Assembly (NCBI GenBank): GCA_902386385.1
Contig: CABMIU010000025.1
Location: forward strand, 1-54,094
DNA: 54,094 nt
Origin: an uncultured archaeon
GTDB taxonomy: Archaea > Iainarchaeota > Iainarchaeia > Iainarchaeales > Iainarchaeaceae
Direction of reading: 5' to 3'
The notes under the pieces are model-generated. The model did not search any database, had not been told where the DNA came from, and saw nothing but the letters and a program-made list of their open reading frames with translations. The translations under genes and the position numbers were made by a program. Shown here piece after piece: positions 26,815-37,517 of this stretch (the stretch's first letter is position 1; every line of letters starts with the position of its first letter).

Positions 26815-27131
26815 TGGACGAGGACGGTTTTGCGGAAGAGCTCGCTGAAATAAGGGCCGCGGAAAAGGAAAAGGAGAAAATCATTGCGCAGGCCAAAAAA
26901 GAGGCGGAAGAGATTGTTGCCAAGGCAAACGCCGAAGCGAGGAAAATCGGCGAGAAGGCATCCGCAGAGGCGGCAGTCTCGGAGGCGCGCATGGTTGAAG
27001 AGGCAAGGAAAGGAATCGAGGATGAAGAAAAGAAAATCTTTGAGGCTGCGGCCAATGAATCAAAAAGGACAATGGAAATGACCGTGCCTTTGCCGTTTGC
27101 GAGGAAAGTGGCGGAGGAAATACTTGAATGA
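26811..27131 (+). CDS. atpH: A-type ATP synthase subunit H
   Basis: 106 aa, rich in Ala, Glu and Lys, predicted coiled coil. It is the first gene of the atp cluster. Confidence 0.7.
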   Translation: MMDEDGFAEELAEIRAAEKEKEKIIAQAKKEAEEIVAKANAEARKIGEKASAEAAVSEARMVEEARKGIEDEEKKIFEAAANESKRTMEMTVPLPFARKVAEEILE

Positions 27132-27208
27132 AGCCGGAATGGCGGGCGAATGCGGCATTTTGCCGGGCATGGCCATGATAAATAATTGAATGAAAAAAAG
27201 GCGATTGA

Positions 27209-29107
27209 ATGTTTTTCCCTGAAAAGATGTGCAAGGTAAGGGTGATAGAGCGCAAGGCCAGCCTTCGGAAGGCAATAGACTGCCTGGAGTCGTTCGGCGG
27301 CGCGGAGATAAAGAGGTTCAGTTCCGAGGAAATAGGGAACTGCCCTGCTCTCGAGGGCCTGCAGGCAGGCAACGAGAGGCTTGTGAGGCTTGATGCGATT
27401 CTTTCAGGCATGAAGGGCAATGGCCAGAGGCAGAAGCTTACAAGGAAGGAAGCAGCAGAGTTCCTGAAATCAGGGGAAGCACGACAGGCAGAGGAAAGAG
27501 CTATCGCGATAGGGATTGAGCTGGAGAAATTGCAGTCGGAAATTGACTCGGCAAAAGAGGACATTGCAAGGGTGCGTGAGTTTTCCTCTTTCGGGATAGA
27601 TTTCGGAAAAATCCAAAGCGGCAGCATTGAAATCATTGCAGGCACTGTGCAGAAAAAGGACGAGGCAAAATTCGAAAAGGCCCTCGGCCAGGAAGGGGTT
27701 CTGAAGCACACCCAGAAGCCGTCCATGAAAAATTCAGGGATGCACCTTGTTGCGGTTTTAAAAGGGGATGAGGCAACAATCCATGGCCTTTCAACGGCCG
27801 GCCTTGAGAGAATGCCAATGCCGAAAATAAACGGGACACCGCAGGCTGAAATAAAAGACGCGGAGAAAAGGATTGCCTCGCTGCAGGGAAAAATCGGAGC
27901 GCTCTCAAAAGAGCTTGCAAAAGCAGGGGAAAGGCACAGGGCACAGTTCGCGGCAGCGAGGGAGCATCTCTCAATAGAGGCGGAAAAGGCAGCGGCGCCG
28001 CAGAATTTCGGCAGCACCGGGCATTCCTTTGTCCTCGAGGCATACCTTCCGGAGAAAAATTACGGCGAATTCGAGAGAGCCGCGAGGGAAAGGATTGGGG
28101 AAAAAGTTTTCATCCAGAAGTTTTCAAGCAGCCATTTGGCGAGGCACCACGAGGAAGCCCCAACGCTCCTGAGCCACCATCCGCTGCTCGAGCCTTTCGA
28201 GTGGCTCACTAAATTCATGTCCGTGCCAAAGGGCAGCGAAATCGACCCAACAGTGATTTTCCTCATTTTCTTCCCGGTCTTTTACGGGATGATGGTGGGC
28301 GACTTCATTTACGGCATAATTTCATTCCTCATCGCGCGCTGGCTCATGCAGAAATTCCCGCCAGGCGGGATAATGAACCCTGTAGCGAAAATGTGGATGT
28401 GGAGCGCAATCCCGACAATAATATTCGGGGTCATATTCGACGAGTATGCCGGCATGAGCCACATGCACCTGCTTGAAAAGTTCGGGCTGCACGGTATCGA
28501 GCTATACACAGGAATCGAGAGGCTTACCAACATCAACCTACTGCTCACGGTGACAATCCTCGCAGGAGTATTCACAATGGCATTGGGATTCCTGCTTGGC
28601 TTCGTAAATGCGATGAAGCACGGGGAGAAAAAGCACGCGATTGCAAAGCTCGGCTGGTTCGGCATCGTGACATTCGGCACACTGGTAGTAAGCACTGCAA
28701 TGTTCAAGGCATTGCCTGAAGTCGTGCTGTTGCCCTCTGCCGCAATGTTCGTTGTTTCGCTCATTGCAATGGTGAAGCAGGAAGGCGTAATGGGGTTGAT
28801 TGAGCTTCCGGGGGTTATGGGCAACGTTCTTTCTTTTGCGCGAATACTGGCGGTTGGGCTTTCGGGAACTGTGATTGCACTTATCCTGAATGACATGGCG
28901 TTTCCCAGCCCAGACAAGGGGCTGATGGCATTGGTGCTACTGCCGCTTTTCATTTTCGGGCATGTCTTCAACGCGTTCCTCGCCATGTTTGAATCATTCA
29001 TACAGGGGGCGAGGCTCAATTACGTCGAATTTTACTCAAAATTTTTCGAGGGCGGCGGGAAGGAATTCACACCGTTCAAATTCGAGAGGAAATACCTGAA
29101 GGATTAA
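27209..29107 (+). CDS. atpI: A-type ATP synthase subunit I (a)
   Basis: 632 aa, beginning MFFPEKMCKVRVI.., with a soluble N-terminal half and a polytopic C-terminal half that includes ..LSFARILAVGL.. and ..RLNYVEFYSKF... Confidence 0.9.
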   Translation: MFFPEKMCKVRVIERKASLRKAIDCLESFGGAEIKRFSSEEIGNCPALEGLQAGNERLVRLDAILSGMKGNGQRQKLTRKEAAEFLKSGEARQAEERAIAIGIELEKLQSEIDSAKEDIARVREFSSFGIDFGKIQSGSIEIIAGTVQKKDEAKFEKALGQEGVLKHTQKPSMKNSGMHLVAVLKGDEATIHGLSTAGLERMPMPKINGTPQAEIKDAEKRIASLQGKIGALSKELAKAGERHRAQFAAAREHLSIEAEKAAAPQNFGSTGHSFVLEAYLPEKNYGEFERAARERIGEKVFIQKFSSSHLARHHEEAPTLLSHHPLLEPFEWLTKFMSVPKGSEIDPTVIFLIFFPVFYGMMVGDFIYGIISFLIARWLMQKFPPGGIMNPVAKMWMWSAIPTIIFGVIFDEYAGMSHMHLLEKFGLHGIELYTGIERLTNINLLLTVTILAGVFTMALGFLLGFVNAMKHGEKKHAIAKLGWFGIVTFGTLVVSTAMFKALPEVVLLPSAAMFVVSLIAMVKQEGVMGLIELPGVMGNVLSFARILAVGLSGTVIALILNDMAFPSPDKGLMALVLLPLFIFGHVFNAFLAMFESFIQGARLNYVEFYSKFFEGGGKEFTPFKFERKYLKD

Positions 29108-29180
29108 GTGAATATCTGAATGAGTATACAGATATTGCAGATATAATCGAAAGTAAACAAAGCATCGGAGGTGCAGAGAA

Positions 29181-29405
29181 ATGGTCGCAATAGAAACAGC
29201 AGGCATGGCGGCAATAGGCGCTGGCCTGGCAATAGCAGGAGGCGCGATAGGGACTGGAATGGCACAGGCCGCAATCGGTTCCAGCGCAATGGGAGTGATA
29301 GCAGAGAAGCCGGACCAGGCATCGAAGCTGATAATCTGGGTCGCAATCCCGGAAACAATCGTGATATTCGGCTTTGTCGTGTCACTGCTGCTGGTCCTGA
29401 AGTGA
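29181..29405 (+). CDS. atpK: A-type ATP synthase proteolipid subunit K (c)
   Basis: 74 aa helical hairpin with a Gly-rich helix 1 and ..AIPETIVIFGF.. (ion-binding Glu). GGAGGTG lies upstream. Confidence 0.9.
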   Translation: MVAIETAGMAAIGAGLAIAGGAIGTGMAQAAIGSSAMGVIAEKPDQASKLIIWVAIPETIVIFGFVVSLLLVLK

Positions 29406-29497
29406 GGCCGGTGGCCAATAATCAATCAAATAATTAAATATTAACCAAAAAATCAGATGAAAAAAGGGAATATGATTTCGGAAAAGGGGTAATTCAG

Positions 29498-30076
29498 ATG
29501 TCTCTGGAAGAACTCAGGAAAGGCCTACTGCAGGAAGGCAAAAGCGAGGCGGCAAAGGCAAAAAGCCTTGCTGAAAAGCGGGCCTCGGAAATAATCGGGG
29601 CTGCAATGCAGGAAGCCTCGAAATTGAAGGAAAAAGCTAAGGCGAGGGCCGAAGCCGCAATAGCTTCCGAGAGGAACGAGAGGATAGGGGCAGCACAGCT
29701 CAAGGCAAAGAAAATCGTGAGCGAGGCAAAGAACAGGGTCATAGAGCAGGCGCTCGAAAAAATATGGAAGGAATTCGGGGCTGTGCCGAACAACAGGGCT
29801 GGCTACGAGAAGCTCATGAAGGGAATAATCTCAAAGGCGGAGAGGGAACTCGGAAAAGGGGCTATCGTTTCCGTCAACGCGAGGGACAAAACCCTTGCAA
29901 AGAGGCTCGCAAAGAATGTTTCAGGAGAGAATGCGGACATAGAGGGCGGGGCAATCGTTTCCAACAGTGATGGCACGGTGGCAATTGACTGCTCGCTCGA
30001 ATCAATATTCGGCCAGGACAGCGAGAAGCTGAGGAAGCTCGTGTATTACGAGCTCTTCGGGAAGGGGAGGAAATGA
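29498..30076 (+). CDS. atpE: A-type ATP synthase subunit E
   Basis: 192 aa with an N-terminal coiled coil and a globular C-terminus. Operon position supports the call. Confidence 0.85.
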   Translation: MSLEELRKGLLQEGKSEAAKAKSLAEKRASEIIGAAMQEASKLKEKAKARAEAAIASERNERIGAAQLKAKKIVSEAKNRVIEQALEKIWKEFGAVPNNRAGYEKLMKGIISKAERELGKGAIVSVNARDKTLAKRLAKNVSGENADIEGGAIVSNSDGTVAIDCSLESIFGQDSEKLRKLVYYELFGKGRK

Positions 30077-30169
30077 AGCAGGTTGCAGGAGCCTTTGAGG
30101 CAAGGCGGGATAATACAAGGCGTGACGAGGCAATGCATTGAATGGAAGATTCAGGCAATTGGTGTTGTT

Positions 30170-31243
30170 ATGGGGATGAATCTGCGCTCTTCGCTGATGT
30201 ACAGGGTAATGGCTTTCGGCTATGCTAACGCGCGCGTCAAGGCAATGAAGCAGGGCCTCCTAAGCCAGAGGGAAATGGACACTCTGATGGCGGCAAAGGG
30301 CGTCGGGGAAGTGTTTGCTGCACTGGAGAAAACAAGCTACAGGCAGGACCTTGTCGCGAGTGCCCTGAGGGAAAAGAGCCTCGCGGACCAGATTGAACTT
30401 GCGGCAACAAAGAATTTCTCGGCAGTGCTTAGGAGGATAGTTAGGATAACCCCGAAGGAAGCAAAGGGAATGGTGCTCGCGCTCTTCGACAGGTATGAAA
30501 TCAACAACATCAAGATAGTGCTTCTCGCAAAGCATCTCGGCCAGAACAGGGAGCAGTACAACCAGTTCCTCATGGAGATAGGCATCCTCTCAAGGGGAAA
30601 ATTCGCGAAAATGCTCGAGGCAAAAGGCGTGAGGGAAACCGTCATTGAACTCGCGGGCACGCCTTATGGAAAGGTCCTTTCAAAGGCAATGAAGGAGTAT
30701 GAAAAGGACAGGGACACAGGCCATATGCTCTCCGCGTTGGACAATTATTATTACGCGAGGCTCTCGGGTGCCGGGGCAGGACCATTCTGGGACGAGAGGG
30801 CGATAATGAAAATGCTGAAGGCACAGGCTGATGCAAAGAACATTTCTAGCATACTCAGGTCAAAGAAAGAGGGCTTTGGCGAGGAAAGGATAATGAAGGG
30901 AGTAATGTTCACGGGAAACATGGGCCGGGAAAGGCTAAGGCAGGCCGCGGGGGCGAAGAATGTGGAGGAATCAGCAAAGCTCCTCGATAGGGGGCTAGGC
31001 CTTTCAAAGGCAATGGAGTCATTCAGGAAGACAGGCAGCCTGATTCCGGTAGAGACCGCCGCGGAAAAAGGCGTTGCAAAGAAAGGCCTCAAAATACTGA
31101 GGAACAGTGTTCTGTCAATCGGCGCAATAGTGGGCCTTGTCCTTCTCAAGGAGGAAGAGGTTTCAAACATACGGAAAATCGTGAGGGCAAAGGAATTCTC
31201 GCTTCCGATGGAACAGTTGCAGGAGATGATTGTACAAGTCTGA
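30170..31243 (+). CDS. atpC: A-type ATP synthase subunit C
   Basis: It contains ..YANARVKAMKQGLLSQREMDTLM... The start was set at the ATG at 30170; the ORF itself opens at 30083. Confidence 0.85.
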   Translation: MGMNLRSSLMYRVMAFGYANARVKAMKQGLLSQREMDTLMAAKGVGEVFAALEKTSYRQDLVASALREKSLADQIELAATKNFSAVLRRIVRITPKEAKGMVLALFDRYEINNIKIVLLAKHLGQNREQYNQFLMEIGILSRGKFAKMLEAKGVRETVIELAGTPYGKVLSKAMKEYEKDRDTGHMLSALDNYYYARLSGAGAGPFWDERAIMKMLKAQADAKNISSILRSKKEGFGEERIMKGVMFTGNMGRERLRQAAGAKNVEESAKLLDRGLGLSKAMESFRKTGSLIPVETAAEKGVAKKGLKILRNSVLSIGAIVGLVLLKEEEVSNIRKIVRAKEFSLPMEQLQEMIVQV

Positions 31244-31246
31244 TAC

Positions 31247-31348
31247 AAGCTTTTTCCTTTTCCCGGAAAGACCTTGTCCCCTTTGGTACGAGGCCTCGGC
31301 CCTCTAGGGCCGAGGAAAGTAAAAAGCTTGAGCAAAAAGGAAAAGAAC
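31247..31348 (+). repeat. Structured intergenic element, copy B
   Basis: The outer stem is AAGCTTTTTCCTTT (31247-31260) paired with AAAGTAAAAAGCTT (31316-31329). It encloses CCTTGTCCC..ACGAGG and a perfect 9-bp hairpin CCTCGGCCC-TCTA-GGGCCGAGG (31294-31315). The tract AAAAAGGAAAAGAAC follows at 31334-31348. Confidence 0.65.
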
Positions 31349-31356
31349 CGGGATGA

Positions 31357-31704
31357 ATGGTGTTTATGGAAAAAAACGATGTTGCACTCGTGAAGATTGT
31401 CGTCGTTGCAGACGGCCCCACTTGCACTGGCTTCAGACTTGCGGGCATACAGGAAATTTTTCCGAGGGAAGGCCGCGAAGCGGAGGCAAAAATAGAGGAG
31501 CTGCTGGGCACCGAAGACACAGGGATTATAATCACCAGCGAGGCAATAATGGAAAAGATGGATTGGCGCCTCAAGAAGCGCATTGAGAGGCAGGCCAAGC
31601 CGGTGGTGATAGCGGTGCCGGACAAGGGCGGGCCAGTTGCAGGGGAAGCGGACTCGCTGAAGAGCCAGATAAAGAAGGCACTGGGATTCGAGATTATGGC
31701 ATGA
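31357..31704 (+). CDS. atpF: A-type ATP synthase subunit F
   Basis: 115 aa with ..[18 protein letters not shown]... Its stop overlaps the atpA start (ATGA). Confidence 0.85.
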   Translation: MVFMEKNDVALVKIVVVADGPTCTGFRLAGIQEIFPREGREAEAKIEELLGTEDTGIIITSEAIMEKMDWRLKKRIERQAKPVVIAVPDKGGPVAGEADSLKSQIKKALGFEIMA

Positions 31705-33491
31705 GCCAAGTGAGGGGAGAGGTGAAAAGAATGGGAGAACTGAGGAAGATAAGCGGCCCCGTCGTCATCGGGGAGAAAATGCTCGGCGCGAAAATGTACG
31801 ACGTTGTGAAGGTCGGCGAGCTGCAGCTAATAGGCGAAATAATAAAGCTCAGCGCTGACACCGCGACAATTCAGGTTTACGAGGACACTTCAGGCCTCAA
31901 GCCGGGCCAGGTAATCGAGAACACGGAAATGCCCCTCTCCGTGGAGCTCGGCCCAGGCCTGCTCGAGTCAATTTATGACGGAATACAGAGGCCCCTCAAC
32001 GAGATAATGCGGAAAACAGGCGGATTCATAGGCCGCGGAGTAACGGCAAATGCGCTTGACAGGCACAAGAAATGGGAATTCACCCCTACAGCAAAGAAAG
32101 GGGACAGCGTGCACGGCGGAGACATAATAGGTGAAGTCCAGGAAACCGAAATAATCACGCACAGGGTAATGGTGCCCCATGGGATAAAGGGCGAAATAGC
32201 CGAGATAAAGAAAGGCACCTATACTGTCGAGGACACCGTAGCAGTTGTAAAGGACGGCTCACAGAAGCATGAGATAAAGCTTATGCAGAAATGGGAAGTA
32301 AGGAGGCCGAGGCCGTGCAGGGAAAAGCTCGCGCCGACAACCCCGCTTGTAACGGGGCAGAGGATACTTGACACGTTCTTCCCGATTGCGAAGGGCGGGG
32401 TTGCAGCAATACCGGGGCCGTTCGGCTCGGGCAAGACTGTCACGCAGCAATCGCTCGCAAAGTGGAGCGACGCGCAGATAATTGTCTACATCGGCTGCGG
32501 CGAGCGCGGCAACGAAATGACCGAAGTGCTCACGGAATTCCCGGAACTCATTGACCCGAAGACAAAGAAGCCGCTGATGCAGAGGACCGTGCTCATTGCA
32601 AACACCTCGAACATGCCGGTCGCTGCGCGCGAAGCTTCTGTTTACACAGGAATAACAATCGCGGAATATTACAGGGACATGGGGTATGACGTGGCGCTCA
32701 TGGCTGATTCCACCTCAAGGTGGGCAGAGGCGATGAGGGAGATTTCAGGAAGGATTGAAGAAATGCCAGGGGAAGAGGGGTATCCCGCATACCTCGCGAG
32801 GCGCCTCGCGGAATTTTACGAGCGGGCAGGAAGGGTAATCTGCCTCTCAAAGAAGGAAAGGTTCGGCTCCGTGTCGGTCATTGGGGCGGTTTCCCCGCCA
32901 GGGGGGGACATCTCGGAGCCTGTTTCGCAGAACACCCTGCGTGTCACAAAGGTGTTCTGGGCGCTTGACGCAAAGCTCGCGCAGAGAAGGCATTTCCCCG
33001 CAATCAACTGGCTGAAGAGCTATTCGCTATACACCGACTCGCTTGACGCGACATACGCAAAGAACGTTTCAAAGGAATGGGCGGACAACAGGAAAAGGGC
33101 GATGGCATTGCTCCAGAAGGAAGCCGAGCTGCAGGAAATCGTGCAGCTTGTAGGGCCGGACGCCCTGCCTGAAAAGGAGCAGGCAATCCTCGACGCGACA
33201 AGGATGATAAGGGAGGATTTCCTCCAGCAGTCGGCATACAGCGATGTCGACGCTTCCTCATCGCTGGAAAAGCAGTTCCTGATGCTTGGAAAAATCCTTG
33301 TCTTCCATGACAGGGGCCTCAGGTGCCTTGAAGCAGGAGCCCAGCTGAAGGCAATAACTGGCCTCAAGGTAAGGGAAGAGATTGCGAGGATGAAGGAAGT
33401 GCCTGAAAAGGACATGGAAAAGAGGGCGATAGAGATTGAAAAGGAAATGAATTCACAGTTCGATAAAATAACAAGCGAGGCAAAAAGGTGA
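31701..33491 (+). CDS. atpA: A-type ATP synthase catalytic subunit A
   Basis: 596 aa with ..[10 protein letters not shown].. (P-loop) and ..[12 protein letters not shown]... Confidence 0.97.
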   Translation: MSQVRGEVKRMGELRKISGPVVIGEKMLGAKMYDVVKVGELQLIGEIIKLSADTATIQVYEDTSGLKPGQVIENTEMPLSVELGPGLLESIYDGIQRPLNEIMRKTGGFIGRGVTANALDRHKKWEFTPTAKKGDSVHGGDIIGEVQETEIITHRVMVPHGIKGEIAEIKKGTYTVEDTVAVVKDGSQKHEIKLMQKWEVRRPRPCREKLAPTTPLVTGQRILDTFFPIAKGGVAAIPGPFGSGKTVTQQSLAKWSDAQIIVYIGCGERGNEMTEVLTEFPELIDPKTKKPLMQRTVLIANTSNMPVAAREASVYTGITIAEYYRDMGYDVALMADSTSRWAEAMREISGRIEEMPGEEGYPAYLARRLAEFYERAGRVICLSKKERFGSVSVIGAVSPPGGDISEPVSQNTLRVTKVFWALDAKLAQRRHFPAINWLKSYSLYTDSLDATYAKNVSKEWADNRKRAMALLQKEAELQEIVQLVGPDALPEKEQAILDATRMIREDFLQQSAYSDVDASSSLEKQFLMLGKILVFHDRGLRCLEAGAQLKAITGLKVREEIARMKEVPEKDMEKRAIEIEKEMNSQFDKITSEAKR

Positions 33492-33495
33492 GCAC

Positions 33496-34893
33496 ATGGC
33501 AGGGATGATAAAGGAGTACCAGACAGTGAAGAGCGTCGAGGGCCCGATCGTCTTCGTGGAAAAAGTCGAGAACGTGGGCTACAACGAGATAGTTGAAGTG
33601 AAACTCCCCAACGGGGAAAAGAGGAAAGGCCAAGTGCTCGAGACCTCGAAAGGCCTCGTGGTGATACAGATATTCGGGGTGACAACCGGCCTTGATGTAC
33701 AGAAGACCAAGGTAAAGTTCCTCGGCGAGACGATGAGGCTCGGTGTTTCGGAGGAAATGCTCGGAAGGGTATTCAACGGCCTCGGGGAGCCGATAGACAA
33801 GGGGCCGCCCGTGATTGCCGAGAAGAAAATAGACATCAACGGCGCCGCGATAAACCCTGTCGCGCGAATCAAGCCATCTGATTTCATACAGACCGGAATG
33901 AGCACGATAGACGGCCTGAATACGCTGGTGAGGGGCCAGAAGCTCCCTATATTCTCCGGGGCGGGACTGCCGCACAACGAGCTAGCGGTGCAGATTGCTA
34001 GGCAGGCAAAGGTCAAGGCAAAAGGCGAGAGCTTTGCAGTTGTCTTTGCGGCGGTCGGGATAACGCATGAAGAGGCAAGCTTCTTCATGAAGGACTTTGA
34101 AAGGACAGGCGCCCTCGAAAGGAGCGTGCTTTTCCTCAACCTCGCGGATGACCCGAGCGTCGAGAGGATAATCACGCCGAGGATGGCGCTCACGACAGCG
34201 GAATACCTCGCTTTCGAGAAGAACATGCACGTGCTCGTCATAATAACGGACATGACGAACTACTGCGAAGCCCTGCGCGAAATCGCAGGGGCAAGGAAAG
34301 AGGTGCCCGGAAGGCGCGGCTATCCCGGGTACATGTACACGGACCTTTCGACAATATATGAGAGGGCGGGAATGATAAAAGGCAAGAAAGGCTCGGTGAC
34401 ACAGTTCCCGATACTGACAATGCCCTCGGATGACATCACTCACCCGATACCTGACCTCACGGGGTATATCACAGAAGGCCAAATCGTCGTTTCGAGGGAA
34501 CTGCACAGGAAAGGAATCTACCCGCCGATTGACGTGCTGCCTTGCCTCTCGAGGCTGATGAACCTCGGCATTGGCAAGGAAAAAACCCGCGAGGACCACC
34601 GCGGGGTCGCTGACCAGCTTTATGCAGCATACGCGACAGGAAGGGACCTCCGGAGTCTGAGCGCAATCGTTGGCGAGGAAGCGCTCGGGGAAACCGACAG
34701 GAAATACCTGAAATTCGCGGATGAATTCGAGAAGCGCTTCATAAGGCAGGCAAAGGACGAGGACAGGACAATAGAGCAGACGCTCGACCTCGGATGGGAA
34801 CTCTTCGCGATGCTGCCTGAAAAGGAGCTCAAGAGGGTGAAGCTCGAATACATAGAGAAATATGGAAAGAAGTACAGGAAAGAGGAGAAGTAA
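33496..34893 (+). CDS. atpB: A-type ATP synthase subunit B
   Basis: 465 aa with ..[13 protein letters not shown].. and ..[14 protein letters not shown]... Confidence 0.97.
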   Translation: MAGMIKEYQTVKSVEGPIVFVEKVENVGYNEIVEVKLPNGEKRKGQVLETSKGLVVIQIFGVTTGLDVQKTKVKFLGETMRLGVSEEMLGRVFNGLGEPIDKGPPVIAEKKIDINGAAINPVARIKPSDFIQTGMSTIDGLNTLVRGQKLPIFSGAGLPHNELAVQIARQAKVKAKGESFAVVFAAVGITHEEASFFMKDFERTGALERSVLFLNLADDPSVERIITPRMALTTAEYLAFEKNMHVLVIITDMTNYCEALREIAGARKEVPGRRGYPGYMYTDLSTIYERAGMIKGKKGSVTQFPILTMPSDDITHPIPDLTGYITEGQIVVSRELHRKGIYPPIDVLPCLSRLMNLGIGKEKTREDHRGVADQLYAAYATGRDLRSLSAIVGEEALGETDRKYLKFADEFEKRFIRQAKDEDRTIEQTLDLGWELFAMLPEKELKRVKLEYIEKYGKKYRKEEK

Positions 34894-34985
34894 TCTGGGC
34901 AGGATAAAACCCAAAACCAAAAAAGTCAGACGCCCGACGGCTTGCGACCTCGGGCAAATTTTGGGCATAGGCAAAGCGGTTAGGC

Positions 34986-35630
34986 GTGATTTGGATGGCT
35001 GAAGACGTCAAGACAACGCGATTGGAGCTCATAGAGACTCGCAACAAAATCCGCCTCGCCGAGAACGGCCACAAGCTGCTCAAGCAGAAGCGCGATGTCC
35101 TCGTGCTGGAGTTTTTCAAGATACTCAAGGAGGCAAAGGACCAGCGCAAGGAACTGAATGGAAGGATGCAGAACGCATTCAATGCCCTCGCGGTCGCGCA
35201 GGCGCACCACGGCGTGCTAGAGGTAGAAAGCATCGCAATGTCGGTGAAGCGCGCACCACTCATCGATGTCAAGCCAAAGAATGTCATGGGCGTCCACATC
35301 CCAGCGATAAAAGGCGAATACGTCTCGAAAACTCTCAGCCAGCGCGGCTACAGCATTGCCGGCTCATCAGCGAAAATAGACGAGGCCGCGGAAGGCTTCG
35401 AGAAGGCGCTGGAGATAATACTCAAGCTCGCTGAAACCGAGAACGCGCTCAAGAGGCTCATAAAGGAAATCGAGAAAACCAAGAGGCGCGTGAACGCGCT
35501 CGACTATGTCATGATTCCCAACCTGAAAAGCACGGCGAAGTACATAATAATGCGCCTAGAGGAAATGGAGCGCGAATCATTCATCTCACTCAAGACAATA
35601 AAAGCCAGGCTCGAAAAGGAAACGGCCTGA
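34986..35630 (+). CDS. atpD: A-type ATP synthase subunit D
   Basis: 214 aa with ..TRLELIETRNKIRLAENGHKLLKQKRDVLV... The start may be the ATG at 34995. Confidence 0.9.
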   Translation: MIWMAEDVKTTRLELIETRNKIRLAENGHKLLKQKRDVLVLEFFKILKEAKDQRKELNGRMQNAFNALAVAQAHHGVLEVESIAMSVKRAPLIDVKPKNVMGVHIPAIKGEYVSKTLSQRGYSIAGSSAKIDEAAEGFEKALEIILKLAETENALKRLIKEIEKTKRRVNALDYVMIPNLKSTAKYIIMRLEEMERESFISLKTIKARLEKETA

Positions 35631-35656
35631 GCACCTGCCGAGAACCAATAGCATAT

Positions 35657-36496
35657 TCAGCTGGTTTTTTTGGAAACCTGCCACAGCATCTCAAAATACT
35701 TCCTGTAAGCATCAGCAATATCCTTGTTTACCATGACAAAGCAGAGCGGGTAATCGCCTTTCCAGAGTACGTTCACTACCCTGTCGCCGAAAATATTGAT
35801 TACCGCGGGGTTGGAAATATGCGGTGGCAGGAACCTGCTTTCAGCATGATAAGGCCTCTTTGCCATTGGCGAGTTTTTTGCATCCGCCTTGTAAAGAATT
35901 CTTATTTTAATCCCGAGCCTTTTTCTCTCGCTATTCCATTTCTCAAAGAACACAGGCAGTACCTTGTCCTCGCGTGCAATGGCGCCAATCATCAGGTGCT
36001 CGCCCTTCGCATGCTTGAGCAAATCCCGCCTCATCGCCTTGAAACCCTCAACGCCCTGTAATATGTATGCCTCCGCAGTAGGTTTTGTTTCGCGGAATTT
36101 GTTCAGTTCAGGAATATGCCCCCTAATTTTTGTTATTTTATTTTCAAGCGAAATCTTTTCCTCTTCCAGGACATCAACTATCTTCTCGGAGGAGGTTGCC
36201 TCGAAATATGTGACATTCCCCTTTTTCACGAAGCTCACAAGCCCCTTTTCCACGAGCCGATTTAGCCCCTCATACACCCTTGAGCGGTGAAGACCGGTTT
36301 CAAAGGTTATCCTGCCTGAAGCAGCGGAGCCGAGCATAAGCAGGGCCGAATAAATCTTTATCTCGTTCTGCGTAAGCCCAAGTTCCTGCAAAAAACCAAA
36401 GTCCACGCCAATATAACAATCCGCCAAAATTATAAATCTTGCTTTTGTGTCCTCCTCAAAAAGGAAGACACACATATATGAATCGCCGCACTGCAT
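35657..36496 (-). CDS. TrmB-family transcriptional regulator
   Basis: It contains ..LQELGLTQNEIKIYSALLMLGSAASGRITFETGLHRSRVYEGLNRLVEKGLV.. (winged helix). The start is uncertain (36475 ATG or 36406 GTG). It is divergent from the ABC transporter. Confidence 0.75.
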   Translation of the reverse strand: MQCGDSYMCVFLFEEDTKARFIILADCYIGVDFGFLQELGLTQNEIKIYSALLMLGSAASGRITFETGLHRSRVYEGLNRLVEKGLVSFVKKGNVTYFEATSSEKIVDVLEEEKISLENKITKIRGHIPELNKFRETKPTAEAYILQGVEGFKAMRRDLLKHAKGEHLMIGAIAREDKVLPVFFEKWNSERKRLGIKIRILYKADAKNSPMAKRPYHAESRFLPPHISNPAVINIFGDRVVNVLWKGDYPLCFVMVNKDIADAYRKYFEMLWQVSKKTS

Positions 36497-36517
36497 TCAT
36501 TGCAGGGGGATTGAAAA

Positions 36518-37516
36518 ATGGATGAACTGTCAAAAATCACAGTGTTGCTTTCACTTGCAATTTTTGCAATTATAATCGGCTTTGGTGGATGCACTTCACA
36601 GCAGAATCCGCAGGAAAACAGCCAGGCAAGCGGTAGCCATGTGCTTATCGGGCTGCAGATGACTCCTGCCAGTACCTTGGTGCAGGTCGCAGATGAAAAA
36701 GGCTTTTTCAAGAAGAACGGGATTGACGTTGAAATAAAGGAATTCACCGCGGGAAAATTCGCTTTTCAGGCACTCCTAGCGAACAGCGTGGACTTTGCTG
36801 TTGTCGGGGACATCCCTGTGGCGCTAGCTAAAATGCAGGGCAATGAGTTTTATGTTGTGTCCGAAGTTGGAGGAAACCGCAATGAGGCTCCGCTCCTTGT
36901 TGCGGATGACAACTCGAAAACAATGGAGGAATTCTTTTCAAAGAAAAGGAAAATAGCCACTTCTATAGGCGGAACGCCAGAATTTTCCCTTTACCTGAAC
37001 TTAAAGGAGCACAATGTAAGCAAAGAAAATGTGGAAATCATTTCCCAGAAGCCTGAGGAAATGATTGGAGCTTTTTCAAATGGGTCTGTTGACGGCATAA
37101 ACATTTTCGAGCCATACCCAACAATTGCGGAGGAAAAAAGCGGTAGGCAAACAAAAAGATTTGCCCTTCCAGCAGAAATTTACACTGCAAGATACCTCTT
37201 GACTTCCAGAAAAGACCTTGCCGACAAGAATCCGGAAACTGTGAAGGCAGTCCTCAAGTCTCTCAAAGAAGCTGAAACATTTGTCAGGGAAAATCCTGAA
37301 GAGGCAAAAGCATTAGTGTCTAAGCGTACAAAGTTCGATAGGGCGATAATAGAAAAAATATGGGGCGACTTTGACTTCAGCGTTCCAATCACCGAACAGT
37401 TATCCAAAAACCTTGAAATGGAAAGCAAATGGGCAGTTGAAACCGGAAAAGCAAAGCCGGGAAACACCGATTTCTCGCCAATAATGCGGAAGGACCTGCT
37501 TGCAGGCGCAGGCTGA
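36518..37516 (+). CDS. ABC transporter substrate-binding protein (NMT1/THI5-like, NitT/TauT family)
   Basis: It has a lipobox-like N-terminus (..IIIGFGGCTSQ..) and SsuA/ThiY-like periplasmic-domain features (..VDFAVVGDIPV..). Confidence 0.75.
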   Translation: MDELSKITVLLSLAIFAIIIGFGGCTSQQNPQENSQASGSHVLIGLQMTPASTLVQVADEKGFFKKNGIDVEIKEFTAGKFAFQALLANSVDFAVVGDIPVALAKMQGNEFYVVSEVGGNRNEAPLLVADDNSKTMEEFFSKKRKIATSIGGTPEFSLYLNLKEHNVSKENVEIISQKPEEMIGAFSNGSVDGINIFEPYPTIAEEKSGRQTKRFALPAEIYTARYLLTSRKDLADKNPETVKAVLKSLKEAETFVRENPEEAKALVSKRTKFDRAIIEKIWGDFDFSVPITEQLSKNLEMESKWAVETGKAKPGNTDFSPIMRKDLLAGAG

Positions 37517-37517
37517 G

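Noticed and set aside
26881-28017. A 378-aa ORF antisense to atpI, with similar long antisense ORFs at 33982..34974, 33579..34253, 21532..22314, 28309..29019 and 41713..42405
   Set aside because: They lie opposite well-supported conserved genes. Their products are Ser/Pro/Ala/Arg-rich and low-complexity, with no recognisable motif. These are typical shadow ORFs.
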